Counted from the first letter of the stretch, positions 26,628 to 35,808 are shown. The stretch is 56,761 bases of DNA from Patescibacteria group bacterium (GCA_043818355.1 JBDRFX010000008.1:1-56761), one strand, 5' to 3'. Numbers and translations are program-made. Notes: generated from the sequence alone by a model not told the origin.

Positions 26628-27176
26628 ATGTCAAGAATAGGTAAAAAACCAATTTTAATACCGCAAGGAGTAAGTATTGCAATAGACGGAGAAACCGTTA
26701 AGGTTTCAGGTCCAAAAGGAAACTTGGAGCAAGTAGTCAGATCAGAAATTAAAGTTGAAATTCAGGATGGTCAGATAATTGTTTCCCCAACCAATGAAAC
26801 CAAGGAAGTTAGAGCTTATTGGGGTCTTTTTCGCAGTTTAATCGCCAATATGGTAGAAGGTGTAGTAAGTGGATTTGAAAAGAAACTAGAAATATCAGGA
26901 TTGGGATATAGGGCTGCTATGGAGGGAAGAGATATAGTTTTACAAGTTGGTTTTTCTCATCCTGTTAAAGTTACTGTTCCTGAAGGAGTTGAAGTTTCTG
27001 TAGAGAAAAATATTATTACGGTAAGCGGATTAGACAAAGGAATAGTTACTCACACTGCTGCTAGAATTAGAAAAACAAAACCAGCTGAACCCTATAAAGG
27101 TAAAGGTTTGAAATATGAAGGAGAACAAATTAGAAGAAAAACCGGTAAGAGAGTTGGATCTGGTAGTGCCGCTTAA
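26628..27176 (+). CDS. rplF: 50S ribosomal protein L6
   Basis: MSRIGKKPI at ATG 26628. The track starts at TTG 26616. Confidence 0.94.
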   Translation: MSRIGKKPILIPQGVSIAIDGETVKVSGPKGNLEQVVRSEIKVEIQDGQIIVSPTNETKEVRAYWGLFRSLIANMVEGVVSGFEKKLEISGLGYRAAMEGRDIVLQVGFSHPVKVTVPEGVEVSVEKNIITVSGLDKGIVTHTAARIRKTKPAEPYKGKGLKYEGEQIRRKTGKRVGSGSAA

Positions 27177-27186
27177 TTTAAAAAAC

Positions 27187-27540
27187 ATGATTAATCCAAA
27201 AATAAAAATTGAAAAAAGACAGAGAAGACATAGGAGGGTGAGAGCTAAAATTTCAGGTACCAAAGAAAGACCTAGGCTTTGTGTTTTTAGATCTAATCAA
27301 CATATATATGCTCAGTTAATTGATGACGAAAGTAAGAAAGTTTTACTTTCCTCAAATGATTTAAAAATTAAAAAAACAGAAGGCAAAATAATACAAGCTT
27401 TAGAATTGGGAAAAGCTGTAGCCAAAGAAGCTGTAGAGAAAGGAATTAAAGAGGTTGTCTTTGATAGAGCGGGGTATATTTACCATGGTAGAGTTAAGGC
27501 TTTGGCCGAAGGAGCCAGAGAGGGAGGATTGAAATTCTAA
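27187..27540 (+). CDS. rplR: 50S ribosomal protein L18
   Basis: [28 protein letters not shown] 27187 is preferred over the track start at 27115, which overlaps rplF. Confidence 0.94.
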   Translation: MINPKIKIEKRQRRHRRVRAKISGTKERPRLCVFRSNQHIYAQLIDDESKKVLLSSNDLKIKKTEGKIIQALELGKAVAKEAVEKGIKEVVFDRAGYIYHGRVKALAEGAREGGLKF

Positions 27541-27550
27541 ACAAAAAATT

Positions 27551-28093
27551 ATGATTACTGAAAAACCAAAAAATTATAGAAAGAGACCACCAAGAAAAAA
27601 AGAGGATGACCTTGATTCTCAGCTTTTAGATTTAGCTAGAGTGGTTAGAATGACAGCTGCTGGTCGTAGATTAAGATTTAGAGCAGTAGTTATTATTGGA
27701 GATAAAAAGGGAAGTATTGGTTTAGGGGTTGCCAAGGGGCAAGATGTTTCTTTGGCCATGGAAAAAGCTAGGAGAATAGCTAAAAAAAATATGGTTAAGA
27801 TTGAGATGACAGAAGATTCTATCCCTCATGAAGTTGAAGCTAAATTTGGCTCAGCTAGAGTTTTATTGAAACCTCAAAGAAAAGGAAGGGGATTGATAGC
27901 CGGAGGAACAGTTAGAATTATTTGTACTTTAGTTGGAATTAAGAATGTTTCATCTAAAATGTTGAGTAAAACTAAGAATAAATTGAATAACGCAAGAGTT
28001 ACCATTAAGGCTTTGGAAAAATTGAGACTTCAACAAGACGATCAGAAAAAAGTTGAAGTTAAAACTGAAATAGAAGAGTTAAAAGTTTTTTAA
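27551..28093 (+). CDS. rpsE: 30S ribosomal protein S5
   Basis: RVVRMTAAGRRLRFRAVVIIGD, GLGVAKG. Confidence 0.95.
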   Translation: MITEKPKNYRKRPPRKKEDDLDSQLLDLARVVRMTAAGRRLRFRAVVIIGDKKGSIGLGVAKGQDVSLAMEKARRIAKKNMVKIEMTEDSIPHEVEAKFGSARVLLKPQRKGRGLIAGGTVRIICTLVGIKNVSSKMLSKTKNKLNNARVTIKALEKLRLQQDDQKKVEVKTEIEELKVF

Positions 28094-28097
28094 ATAT

Positions 28098-28538
28098 ATG
28101 CAACTACACGAATTAAAAATTAAAAATCCCAATAAAGATAGAAAAAGAGTAGGAAGGGGAGGCAAAAGAGGTACGTACTCTGGTAAGGGACAAAAAGGAC
28201 AAAAATCAAGATCAGGACATTCTTTCCAACCCGCTATCCGTAATTTAATTAAAAGATATCATAAATTAAGAGGTTATAGATTGGGAAGGAGAGACGATAA
28301 ATACTCTATTGTAAATCTCGGAATTATAGAGAAGACTTTTTCTGTTGAAGAAGTTGTTAATGTTGAAACCTTGGTTACAAAAGGAATTATTCGTAAAATT
28401 AAAGGTAGATTTCCTAAAATTAAAGTTTTAGGGAATGGGGAAATTATCAAAAAACTTGTTTTTGAAAATTGTGAAGTTTCTGCGAAAGCTAAAGAAAAAA
28501 TTGAGAAAGTGGGAGGAACAATTAAGATTAGTAAATAA
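28098..28538 (+). CDS. rplO: 50S ribosomal protein L15
   Basis: RVGRGGKRGTYSGKGQKGQKSR. It starts 4 nt after rpsE, leaving no room for rpmD (L30). Confidence 0.94.
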   Translation: MQLHELKIKNPNKDRKRVGRGGKRGTYSGKGQKGQKSRSGHSFQPAIRNLIKRYHKLRGYRLGRRDDKYSIVNLGIIEKTFSVEEVVNVETLVTKGIIRKIKGRFPKIKVLGNGEIIKKLVFENCEVSAKAKEKIEKVGGTIKISK

Positions 28539-28543
28539 ATTCT

Positions 28544-29818
28544 ATGTTTAAGAAAATTGTTCAAATATTTAAAGATAAAGAGTTAAGGAATAAGATGCTC
28601 TTTATTTTAATGTGTTTTGCTATTTTTAGATTAATGGCTAACATCCCAATTCCTGGAGTAGACCCCGAGAATCTTAAGAAACTCTTTACTGATTTTCAAG
28701 CCTTTGGATTATTGAACTTGTTTACAGGAGGAGCCCTAGAGAATCTATCTATTGTTATGTTGGGAGTTGGACCATATATTACAGCTAGTATTATTTTTCA
28801 GCTTTTAACAATGATTTTTCCTCAAATTGAAGAAATGTATAAAGAAGAAGGTGAGGCAGGAAAGCAAAAATTTAATCAATATACTAGAATAGCGACAGTG
28901 CCCTTGGCTATGTTGCAGGGTTATAGCATGTTATCTCTTTTTGAAAAAAGAGAGATTATTGGAGCTATGGACCCTATGGGTCTCATTACTTCAGCCCTAA
29001 CAATCACGGCCGGTACTATTATTTTAATGTGGTTAGGGGAATTAGTTTCAGAAAAAGGAATTGGAGAAGGCGTTTCCTTGTTTATTTTTGCTGGTATTGC
29101 AGCCGACTTTCCTAGTAATTTATTACAGATATTTTCTTCTTGGACAATAAGCCAATTACCATCTTATGTCTTGTTTTTTGTAATGGCATTTTTAATTATT
29201 ACAGGAGTAGTTTTGGTTAATGAAGGAAAGCGCAATATTCCTGTTTCTTATGCAAAGCGCGTAAGGGGTGGAAAAATGTATGGAGGAAGTTCTACTTTTT
29301 TGCCTTTAAACATTAATCCAGCAGGAGTAATGCCTATTATTTTTTCTTTGTCTTTCTTAACCTTGCCAGCCATGCTTGGTAGTTTATTGGGAGGAGGGGA
29401 TACTGGAGTAGCTGGCTTCTTAATGAAAGTGGCTGGATTTTTTGAAAATTCCATTGCATACGCTATAGTATACTTTATTCTCGTCTTTGGATTTACTTAT
29501 TTTTATACCATGATTACTTTTGATCCTAGTAATATTGCTGACAATCTAAAGAAAATGGGAGGATTTGTTCCAGGAATAAGGCCAGGCGAATCTACGGTTC
29601 GTTATTTATCTACTGTATTGAATAGAATATTGCCCTTTGGAGCTTTGTTCTTGGGAATAATTGCAGTTTTGCCTCAGTTTATTGGAAACATTACAGGTAT
29701 TTTTGCTTTTAGATTTTTGATAGGAGGAACTTCGTTGCTGATTGTGGTTAGTGTTGTTTTAGAGACAATGCGCCAGATTAATGCCCAGTTGCAAATGAGA
29801 GAATACGATACATTCTAA
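28544..29818 (+). CDS. secY: Preprotein translocase subunit SecY
   Basis: 10-TM profile, GV.PYITASII, operon position. Confidence 0.95.
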   Translation: MFKKIVQIFKDKELRNKMLFILMCFAIFRLMANIPIPGVDPENLKKLFTDFQAFGLLNLFTGGALENLSIVMLGVGPYITASIIFQLLTMIFPQIEEMYKEEGEAGKQKFNQYTRIATVPLAMLQGYSMLSLFEKREIIGAMDPMGLITSALTITAGTIILMWLGELVSEKGIGEGVSLFIFAGIAADFPSNLLQIFSSWTISQLPSYVLFFVMAFLIITGVVLVNEGKRNIPVSYAKRVRGGKMYGGSSTFLPLNINPAGVMPIIFSLSFLTLPAMLGSLLGGGDTGVAGFLMKVAGFFENSIAYAIVYFILVFGFTYFYTMITFDPSNIADNLKKMGGFVPGIRPGESTVRYLSTVLNRILPFGALFLGIIAVLPQFIGNITGIFAFRFLIGGTSLLIVVSVVLETMRQINAQLQMREYDTF

Positions 29819-29834
29819 AATTTAAATAATCAAA

Positions 29835-29858
29835 GGCGGGTATATTCCCGTCTTTTTT
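29835..29858 (+). terminator. Intrinsic terminator GGCGGG-TATATT-CCCGTC followed by TTTTTT, after secY
   Basis: 6-bp GC-rich stem (one G-U pair) followed by a 6-T run. Confidence 0.7.
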
Positions 29859-29866
29859 GATATAAT
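29858..29866 (+). promoter_or_regulatory. Extended -10 promoter TGATATAAT for adk-map
   Basis: TGn plus a consensus TATAAT, 15 nt before the adk ATG. No good -35. Confidence 0.4.
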
Positions 29867-29880
29867 AGAAAAACAAAGAT

Positions 29881-30573
29881 ATGAAAAAACAAAAAGCTAT
29901 TATGGTCATTGGTTCTCCAGGAGCTGGAAAGGGAACACAAGTTAATTTGTTGTCAGAAAAATTAGGTTTTTATCATTTTAAAACTAGCGCTATAGTGGGA
30001 AGAATTATTGAAGAAGCAGATCCAGGTTCTTTTGTAGAAATTGAAGGTGATAAGTATTATTTTGAAGAGCAGAAGAAATTAAGAGCAGATGGCAAACTAT
30101 GGGACGATGCTTTTGTTACTTATTTTACCAATGAAAAGGTTAAAGAGCTTCATGGGGAGGGTAAAAACATTATTTTTGATGGTTATCCTAGAACCCTATA
30201 TGAAGCAAAACATACAATCCCTATTTTAAAAGATTTATATGGGAAGGATAATGTTGAATTTTTATATATTGAAATTTCAGAGGAAGAGGCTATTTTTAGA
30301 AATACTCACAGGCGTGAATGTGAATTAATGCGCCACCCTGTATTGTATTCTGAAGAAAACTCTAAATTAACTAAATGCCAAATAGATGGTTCAGATTTAG
30401 TAGAAAGGAAAGATGATGATTCAGAAATTATTAAGGTTAGATTGAGAGAATTTAGAGAAAAAACTATGCCCATTCTGAGCGTTGTTGAAGAAGAAAATAT
30501 CAAGATTCATAATATCAATGGTTCTCCTGCTCCAGTTAAGGTTTTTAAGAATGTCCTAAAAGCAATTGAATGA
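29881..30573 (+). CDS. adk: Adenylate kinase (operon-canonical copy; LID without a full Cys4 set)
   Basis: GSPGAGKGTQ, FDGYPRT; position between secY and map. Confidence 0.9.
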   Translation: MKKQKAIMVIGSPGAGKGTQVNLLSEKLGFYHFKTSAIVGRIIEEADPGSFVEIEGDKYYFEEQKKLRADGKLWDDAFVTYFTNEKVKELHGEGKNIIFDGYPRTLYEAKHTIPILKDLYGKDNVEFLYIEISEEEAIFRNTHRRECELMRHPVLYSEENSKLTKCQIDGSDLVERKDDDSEIIKVRLREFREKTMPILSVVEEENIKIHNINGSPAPVKVFKNVLKAIE

Positions 30574-31310
30574 TTCCAATCAAATCAGAAAAAGAAATTG
30601 AGATAATGGCTGAGAACGGAAAAATTTTATCTTCTATTTTAAAAGAGATAAGAGAAAAGGCTGTTATGGGTATTGAAACACAAGAACTAAATAAGATTGC
30701 TGAAGTCCTTATTTCTCAATATGGAACGCCTTCCTTTAAAGGATATGATAATTTTCCTGCCGGTCTTTGTGTTTCTATAAACGAAGAAATAGTTCATGGG
30801 ACTCCCTCTAAGAGAAAGCTTAAAGAAGGAGACATTGTTTCGCTTGATATTGGTCTTTATAGAAATGAATTTCATGTAGATATGGCCACCACTTTTGCCA
30901 TAGGAAGTATTCCACCAGAAGCTCAGAAATTAATTCAAGTTGGAAAAAAATCATTGAAAAGAGGCATTAAGAAGATTAAAGTGGGGAATACTTTTGGAGA
31001 CATTGGAAATACCATTCAGAGATATGTTGAAGATCAGGGTTTTGCGGTAGTGAGAGATTTATGTGGTCATGGGATAGGAAGAAATCTTCACGAGGATCCT
31101 CAAATTTTGAATTATGGAAAAAGACATAAGGGAATGGAAATTCAAGAGGGCATGGTTTTTTGTTTAGAGCCAATGGTTACAGCAGGTAGTTATGAGATTG
31201 AACTTACTAAAGATGGGTCTGGATATAAGACAATAGACAATTCTTTATCGGTTCATTTTGAGCACACTATAGCTGTTACTAAGAATGGGGTTAAGATATT
31301 AACAGAATAA
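30570..31310 (+). CDS. map: Type I methionine aminopeptidase
   Basis: VHG.P, D.G, CGHGIG, and the LEPM...HFEHT metal ligands. Confidence 0.94.
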   Translation: MIPIKSEKEIEIMAENGKILSSILKEIREKAVMGIETQELNKIAEVLISQYGTPSFKGYDNFPAGLCVSINEEIVHGTPSKRKLKEGDIVSLDIGLYRNEFHVDMATTFAIGSIPPEAQKLIQVGKKSLKRGIKKIKVGNTFGDIGNTIQRYVEDQGFAVVRDLCGHGIGRNLHEDPQILNYGKRHKGMEIQEGMVFCLEPMVTAGSYEIELTKDGSGYKTIDNSLSVHFEHTIAVTKNGVKILTE

Positions 31311-31344
31311 AAAGTTCATTAGTTGTTGCTTATTAATTTTGATT

Positions 31345-31373
31345 GGTAGAGAGAAATCTCTGCCAGTTTTGTT
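31345..31373 (+). terminator. Terminator-like hairpin inside the repeat: GGTAGAGA-GAAA-TCTCTGCC followed by AGTTTTGTT
   Basis: 8-bp stem (one G-U pair), GNRA loop, T-rich tail, directly downstream of map. Confidence 0.55.
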
Positions 31374-31390
31374 GTGAGAAGAGAAATTTA

Positions 31391-31399
31391 TGTTAAAAT
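31391..31399 (+). promoter_or_regulatory. Extended -10 element TGTTAAAAT inside the repeat
   Basis: TGn plus TAAAAT. A second identical copy lies 23 nt before the GT2 gene. Confidence 0.35.
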
Positions 31400-31410
31400 T
31401 AAAGAATTAC

Positions 31411-31431
31411 CAACGAGACCCGGCCTCGTTG
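31411..31431. repeat. REP-like palindromic hairpin copy 1: CAACGAG-ACCCGGC-CTCGTTG
   Basis: 7-bp arms are exact reverse complements. Lies between the repeat and the likely ATG of the transposase. Confidence 0.9.
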
Positions 31432-31448
31432 ATTTAAATCATAATCAT

Positions 31449-32168
31449 ATGCCTATAAGAAAAGTACAATTTGCTAATGGAGAATTCTATCATATCACTA
31501 AAAGAGGAATTGAAAAAAGAGAAATTTTTTTAGATGATGAAGATTATTTTCGTTTTGTTAATAGTCTATTAATTTTTAATGATAAAATGTCAGCACCTTG
31601 GGCATCTCGTGGTTTCTGGCGTCAACGAGACCCGGCCTCGTTGTGTACGAGTGAATATAAACCAAAAGTTCCAATAGTGGAAATTCATGCATTTGCTTTA
31701 ATGCCAAATCATTTTCATTTATTGGTGCGACAATTAGTTGATAATGGGATTGTTCTTTTTATGCAAAAGCTCGGTGGTTATTCTTATTATTTTAATAAAA
31801 AATATGAACGAGAGGGAACTTTATTTCAGAATAGATATAAAATTAAAAGAGTGAAATCAGAAGAGCAGCTAGAAAATAATTTTGTTTATATTAATACAAA
31901 TCCAATAAGCATAATTGAATCAGGATGGAAAGAGGGGAAAGTAGAAGATGTCAGAAAAACAATTGAATTTTTAGAAAATAAATATCGATGGTCAAGCTAT
32001 TGGGATTATATAGGTAAGAAAAATTTTCCATCAGTGATCACAAAAGATTTTTTTCTAGAATTTTTTGGAGAAGAAGAAAAGATAAGAGAGAAGATAGAGT
32101 CTTGGATTCTTTACAAATTAGAGTCAGAAGCGTCAACGAGACCCGGCCTCGTTGATTTTGAAGATTAA
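31449..32168 (+). CDS. HUH/Y1 transposase of the IS200/RayT (REP-associated tyrosine transposase) type
   Basis: HUH motif in LMPNHFHLLV, FQNRYK, and the catalytic-Tyr region NNFVYINTNP. ATG 31449 (MPIRKVQF...) is preferred; the track's GTG 31374 lies inside the duplicated repeat. Confidence 0.7.
   Translation: MPIRKVQFANGEFYHITKRGIEKREIFLDDEDYFRFVNSLLIFNDKMSAPWASRGFWRQRDPASLCTSEYKPKVPIVEIHAFALMPNHFHLLVRQLVDNGIVLFMQKLGGYSYYFNKKYEREGTLFQNRYKIKRVKSEEQLENNFVYINTNPISIIESGWKEGKVEDVRKTIEFLENKYRWSSYWDYIGKKNFPSVITKDFFLEFFGEEEKIREKIESWILYKLESEASTRPGLVDFED
31623..31643. repeat. REP-like hairpin copy 2, inside the transposase coding sequence (translated as QRDPASL)
   Basis: Same 21-mer as copy 1; shares the 5' flank GCGT with copy 3. 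Confidence 0.9.
32134..32154. repeat. REP-like hairpin copy 3, encoding the last residues of the transposase ORF (TRPGLVD)
   Basis: Same 21-mer; arms extend to 8 bp (TCAACGAG/CTCGTTGA). Confidence 0.9.
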
Positions 32169-32169
32169 A

Positions 32170-32234
32170 TTTGATTGGTAGAGAGAAATCTCTGCCAGTT
32201 TTGTTGTGAGAAGAGAAATTTATGTTAAAATTAA
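32170..32234 (+). repeat. Right copy of the perfect 65-bp direct repeat, again containing the terminator hairpin (32177-32205) and the extended -10 (32223-32231)
   Basis: Identical to 31338..31402. Confidence 0.95.
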
Positions 32235-32253
32235 TAAATAAATTAAAAAACAT

Positions 32254-32982
32254 ATGAGTAAAATTAAACTTTCGGTTGTAATGCCAGCCTATAATGAAGA
32301 AAAAAGACTTCCTAAAACTTTGAAGGAAGTTGATGAATATCTAAAGACTCAAAATTATGATTATGAGATTTTAGTAGTGGACGATGGATCAAAAGACAAT
32401 ACAGTTGAGATTGTAAAATCCCTTCAGTCAGAAATTAAGAATTTAAAAATTATAAGTTATAAAGTAAATAGAGGAAAGGGTTATGCCGTAAGATTTGGAT
32501 TGCTAGAAGCTCAAGGAGAATATAGATTATTGACAGATGCCGATAATTCAACTTCTTTAGACCAGATTGAAAAAATGTGGCCTGAATTTTATAAAGGATT
32601 TGACGTTGTAATTGGTTCAAGAGATGTGGAGGGAGCTGTTTCAGATCCTCCACAGCCCGCATTCAGGGTTTTTACTGGCGACGTTTTTATGTACTTAAGA
32701 AAAATTATTGTTGGGCTTTGGGAAATAGATGACACGCAATGCGGTTTTAAGGCTTTTAGTGCAAAGTGTGTTAAAGAAGTTTTTCCTAAAGGAAAAATAG
32801 ATAGATTTGCTTTTGATCCTGAAATTTTAATTCTAGCTAAAAGAGCTGGTTTCAAGATTAAAGAGGTTCCAATTTATTGGAAGAATGACCTGGATAGTAA
32901 GGTTAAGTTTAAATCAATGGTGAAGATGTTAATTGATTTATTTAAAATTAGATTAAATTTAATTTCTAGAATTTATGAATAA
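32254..32982 (+). CDS. Family 2 glycosyltransferase (polyprenyl-phosphate sugar transferase-like)
   Basis: VVMPAYNEE, DDGSKDNT, TDADNS, QCGFKAF. Confidence 0.88.
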   Translation: MSKIKLSVVMPAYNEEKRLPKTLKEVDEYLKTQNYDYEILVVDDGSKDNTVEIVKSLQSEIKNLKIISYKVNRGKGYAVRFGLLEAQGEYRLLTDADNSTSLDQIEKMWPEFYKGFDVVIGSRDVEGAVSDPPQPAFRVFTGDVFMYLRKIIVGLWEIDDTQCGFKAFSAKCVKEVFPKGKIDRFAFDPEILILAKRAGFKIKEVPIYWKNDLDSKVKFKSMVKMLIDLFKIRLNLISRIYE

Positions 32983-33997
32983 AAATATTTATTCAGAGTT
33001 AAGATACGATTTAATTTCTAAAGATTGGGTTGTTATAGCAACCTCAAAAGGAAAGAAGCCTCAGGGTTTTAAGTTTAAAAAAATGAAGGTAGAAAAGATT
33101 GCTAAAAAAGATTGTCCTTTTTGCAATATTGAAACACAAAGAAAACCAACCTTAATTTATTCTAAAGGAAAACAATATCCATTAGATAGGGGAATTCCAA
33201 AAGACTGGACTACGATTGTTATACCAAATCTTTTTCCAGTCTTTAAGCCATCAGATTCTCTAGATGAAAGTATAGAGGGGGGTTTGTATAAAAAAATGAA
33301 AGCAGTGGGATTTCAAGAGATAATTGTTTCAAAAGATCACGAAAAATCTTTAGCGCAATTGGGAGTTAAGAGAATTAAAGAATTACTTGATGCATATCAG
33401 CAGAGATATCTAGACTTAATGAATGAGAAGCACGTTAATCATATTTCTGTTTTTATGAATTACGGACTAGGTTCAGGAGCCTCTCAACCCCATCCTCATT
33501 CTCAGATTATTACCACTCCATTGATTGATAAGGATTTAAGAATTTCTTTAATGAATGCTCAAAAGTATTATCAAAAAAATAAAGATTGTGTTTATTGCAA
33601 AATGATAAGATGGGAAAAGAAGGCAAAAGAAAGAGTTATTTTTGAAAACCAGGATTTTTTAGCTCTTTGTCCTTTTGCTTCAAAGTCTTCTTTTCAAATT
33701 ATTATTACTCCCAAAAAACACAAATCTAATTTTGAAGACATTACAGAAAAAGAAAAAGAACAGTTAGCAGAAGCCTTTGAAAAGGCTTTGAAGAAGCTAT
33801 ATAAAGGACTTAATAATCCTCCATATAATATTTATTTACATACTGCTCCTTGTGACGGTAAAAAACATGATGATTATCATTGGCACTGGACTATTATACC
33901 AAGACTGTCTATTTGGGCTGGATTTGAGGCAGGAGTAGGAATGGAGATTTCAACAATCTCGCCAGAAGATGCAGCAAAATTCTTGAGAAAACAATAA
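32975..33997 (+). CDS. Galactose-1-phosphate uridylyltransferase-type HIT-superfamily nucleotidyltransferase
   Basis: N-terminal CPFC, active-site HPHSQII, second half-domain with HWHW. Confidence 0.78.
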   Translation: MNKNIYSELRYDLISKDWVVIATSKGKKPQGFKFKKMKVEKIAKKDCPFCNIETQRKPTLIYSKGKQYPLDRGIPKDWTTIVIPNLFPVFKPSDSLDESIEGGLYKKMKAVGFQEIIVSKDHEKSLAQLGVKRIKELLDAYQQRYLDLMNEKHVNHISVFMNYGLGSGASQPHPHSQIITTPLIDKDLRISLMNAQKYYQKNKDCVYCKMIRWEKKAKERVIFENQDFLALCPFASKSSFQIIITPKKHKSNFEDITEKEKEQLAEAFEKALKKLYKGLNNPPYNIYLHTAPCDGKKHDDYHWHWTIIPRLSIWAGFEAGVGMEISTISPEDAAKFLRKQ

Positions 33998-33998
33998 C

Positions 33999-34748
33999 AT
34001 GAAACCATTAATTGTTGGAAATTGGAAAATGAACATTAACAGCTTGACTGAAATCAAGAAGCTTTTTAATTCTATTAAAAGAAAAGCAAAAGGATTAGAA
34101 AGAAAAGCAGAGATTGTTGTTTGTCCTTCAAGTGCTTATTTATCTAATCTGAAAACACAAAATTCTTCTGTTGTTTTGGGAGCTCAAGATTTGTTTTGGG
34201 AAAACGAGGGTAATTTTACAGGGAACATTTCTCCTTTGATTTTAAAAGAAACAGATTGTAAATATGTTTTAGTGGGTCACTCTGAAAGAAGGAAGCATAA
34301 TAAAGAAACGAATGAAATGATTTCGAAAAAACTTAAAAAGGCCATTGATAATGGATTTAAGGTTATTCTCTGTGTTGGAGAAACAGCAACAGAAAAGAAA
34401 ACAGGACAAGCTTTGAGAGTTTTGAATACTCAAGTTTCAAAAGCATTGAATAGAATTGACGATAAAGAAATTAAGAATGTGATTATTGCTTATGAACCAG
34501 TTTGGGCAGTGGGCACAGGAAAGCCATGTGAATCAAGTGTGGTTTTAACTCAGAATCTATTAATTAGAAACATGATTAAGAAAAGGTATTCTTCTAAAAT
34601 AGCTAAGGATTTTAAGATTCTTTATGGTGGTAGTGTGAATTCAGATAATGCTAAAGAGTATATTGATGTAGCTAGAACACAGGGATTATTAATAGGAGAG
34701 GCTTCATTAAATTCTCAAGAGTTTATTAAAATAATTAAAAACATATGA
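33999..34748 (+). CDS. tpiA: Triosephosphate isomerase
   Basis: GNWKMN, GHSERR, AYEPVWAVGTG. Confidence 0.94.
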   Translation: MKPLIVGNWKMNINSLTEIKKLFNSIKRKAKGLERKAEIVVCPSSAYLSNLKTQNSSVVLGAQDLFWENEGNFTGNISPLILKETDCKYVLVGHSERRKHNKETNEMISKKLKKAIDNGFKVILCVGETATEKKTGQALRVLNTQVSKALNRIDDKEIKNVIIAYEPVWAVGTGKPCESSVVLTQNLLIRNMIKKRYSSKIAKDFKILYGGSVNSDNAKEYIDVARTQGLLIGEASLNSQEFIKIIKNI

Positions 34749-35770
34749 GGAGGAAGAAGGTTCTTGTTGGGATGTCTGGGGGCGTAGACAGCTCTGTATC
34801 AGCTTTTCTATTGAAAAAGGATGGATATGACGTGTCTGGTGTTTTTATGAGACTCGCTAACTCTAAGAAGTCTTTTAATGCTGAAAAAGAAGCCAGGGGA
34901 GTAGCTAAAAAACTAGGAGTTCCTTTTGTTATTTTTGATTTATCTAAAGAGTTTAAGAAAATTGTTATTGATTATTTTATAGATAGTTATGGACTTGGTA
35001 TTACTCCCAATCCTTGTGTTTTATGTAATAAAGAAATTAAGTTTGGCTTATTGTTGAGAAAGGCCATGAGTTTGGGAGCTGATTATTTAGCCACTGGCCA
35101 CTATGTAATAAAACAGAGAAGGGGGAGTGGATATAAATTATTTAAGTCTAAAGATAGCAAGAAAGATCAAAGCTATTTTTTATGGAGATTAAATCAAAAG
35201 CAATTAAGCAAGGTTTTGTTTCCTGTGGGAGGTTTAATCAAAGAAAGAGTTAGGGAAATAGCTAGAAAAAATGATTTTTTAAAAAAAGTTGGTAAAGAAT
35301 CAGAAGATATTTGTTTTATTGAAAAAGATATTGTTGGATTTTTAAAAGATAGTTTAAAAATGAAAGAGGGGGATATTATTAATGAAAAAAATGAAAAGAT
35401 TGGCAGGCATTCAGGTTTATTTATTTATACTATTGGGCAAAGAAAAAATATTCGTGTTTCAAGTTCTAAGCCATATTATGTGAGGAAGATAGATATTAAG
35501 AAAAACATTCTTTTTGTCACTTCTGACGAAAAAGATTTATATGCAAAAAAGATAAAAGTTAAAAACATGAATTGGCTTTCTAAAAATACCAAATTTCCTA
35601 TTAAGGTTTTAGCAAAGACAAGATATGGCCATGAAGGAGCCAGAGCTGTTGTTGATGGAAATATGATTGAGTTTGTGAAAGCACAAAGAGCCATAACCCC
35701 AGGCCAGTCAATTGTTTTCTATAAAGGCCAAGAACTTTTGGGTGGTGGCATTATATCGGAGATAAAATAA
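34745..35770 (+). CDS. mnmA: tRNA 2-thiouridine(34) synthase
   Basis: PP-loop GMSGGVDSSV, NPCV.CN, DQSYFL. Confidence 0.93.
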   Translation: MRRKKVLVGMSGGVDSSVSAFLLKKDGYDVSGVFMRLANSKKSFNAEKEARGVAKKLGVPFVIFDLSKEFKKIVIDYFIDSYGLGITPNPCVLCNKEIKFGLLLRKAMSLGADYLATGHYVIKQRRGSGYKLFKSKDSKKDQSYFLWRLNQKQLSKVLFPVGGLIKERVREIARKNDFLKKVGKESEDICFIEKDIVGFLKDSLKMKEGDIINEKNEKIGRHSGLFIYTIGQRKNIRVSSSKPYYVRKIDIKKNILFVTSDEKDLYAKKIKVKNMNWLSKNTKFPIKVLAKTRYGHEGARAVVDGNMIEFVKAQRAITPGQSIVFYKGQELLGGGIISEIK

Positions 35771-35808
35771 TTTTAATAATTTTAGTTTTTCTGATAAAAT
35801 CAAAAAAC

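Larger units (their letters stand above)
31338..31402 (+). repeat. Left copy of the perfect 65-bp direct repeat (TTTGATTGGTAGAGAGAAATCTCTGCCAGTTTTGTTGTGAGAAGAGAAATTTATGTTAAAATTAA)
   Basis: Identical to 32170..32234, compared base by base. Confidence 0.95.
31338..32234 (+). mobile_element. RayT/IS200-like Y1 transposase unit: 65-bp direct repeat, hairpin, gene with internal and terminal hairpins, 65-bp direct repeat
   Basis: See the component features. The repeat period is 832 bp. Confidence 0.55.
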
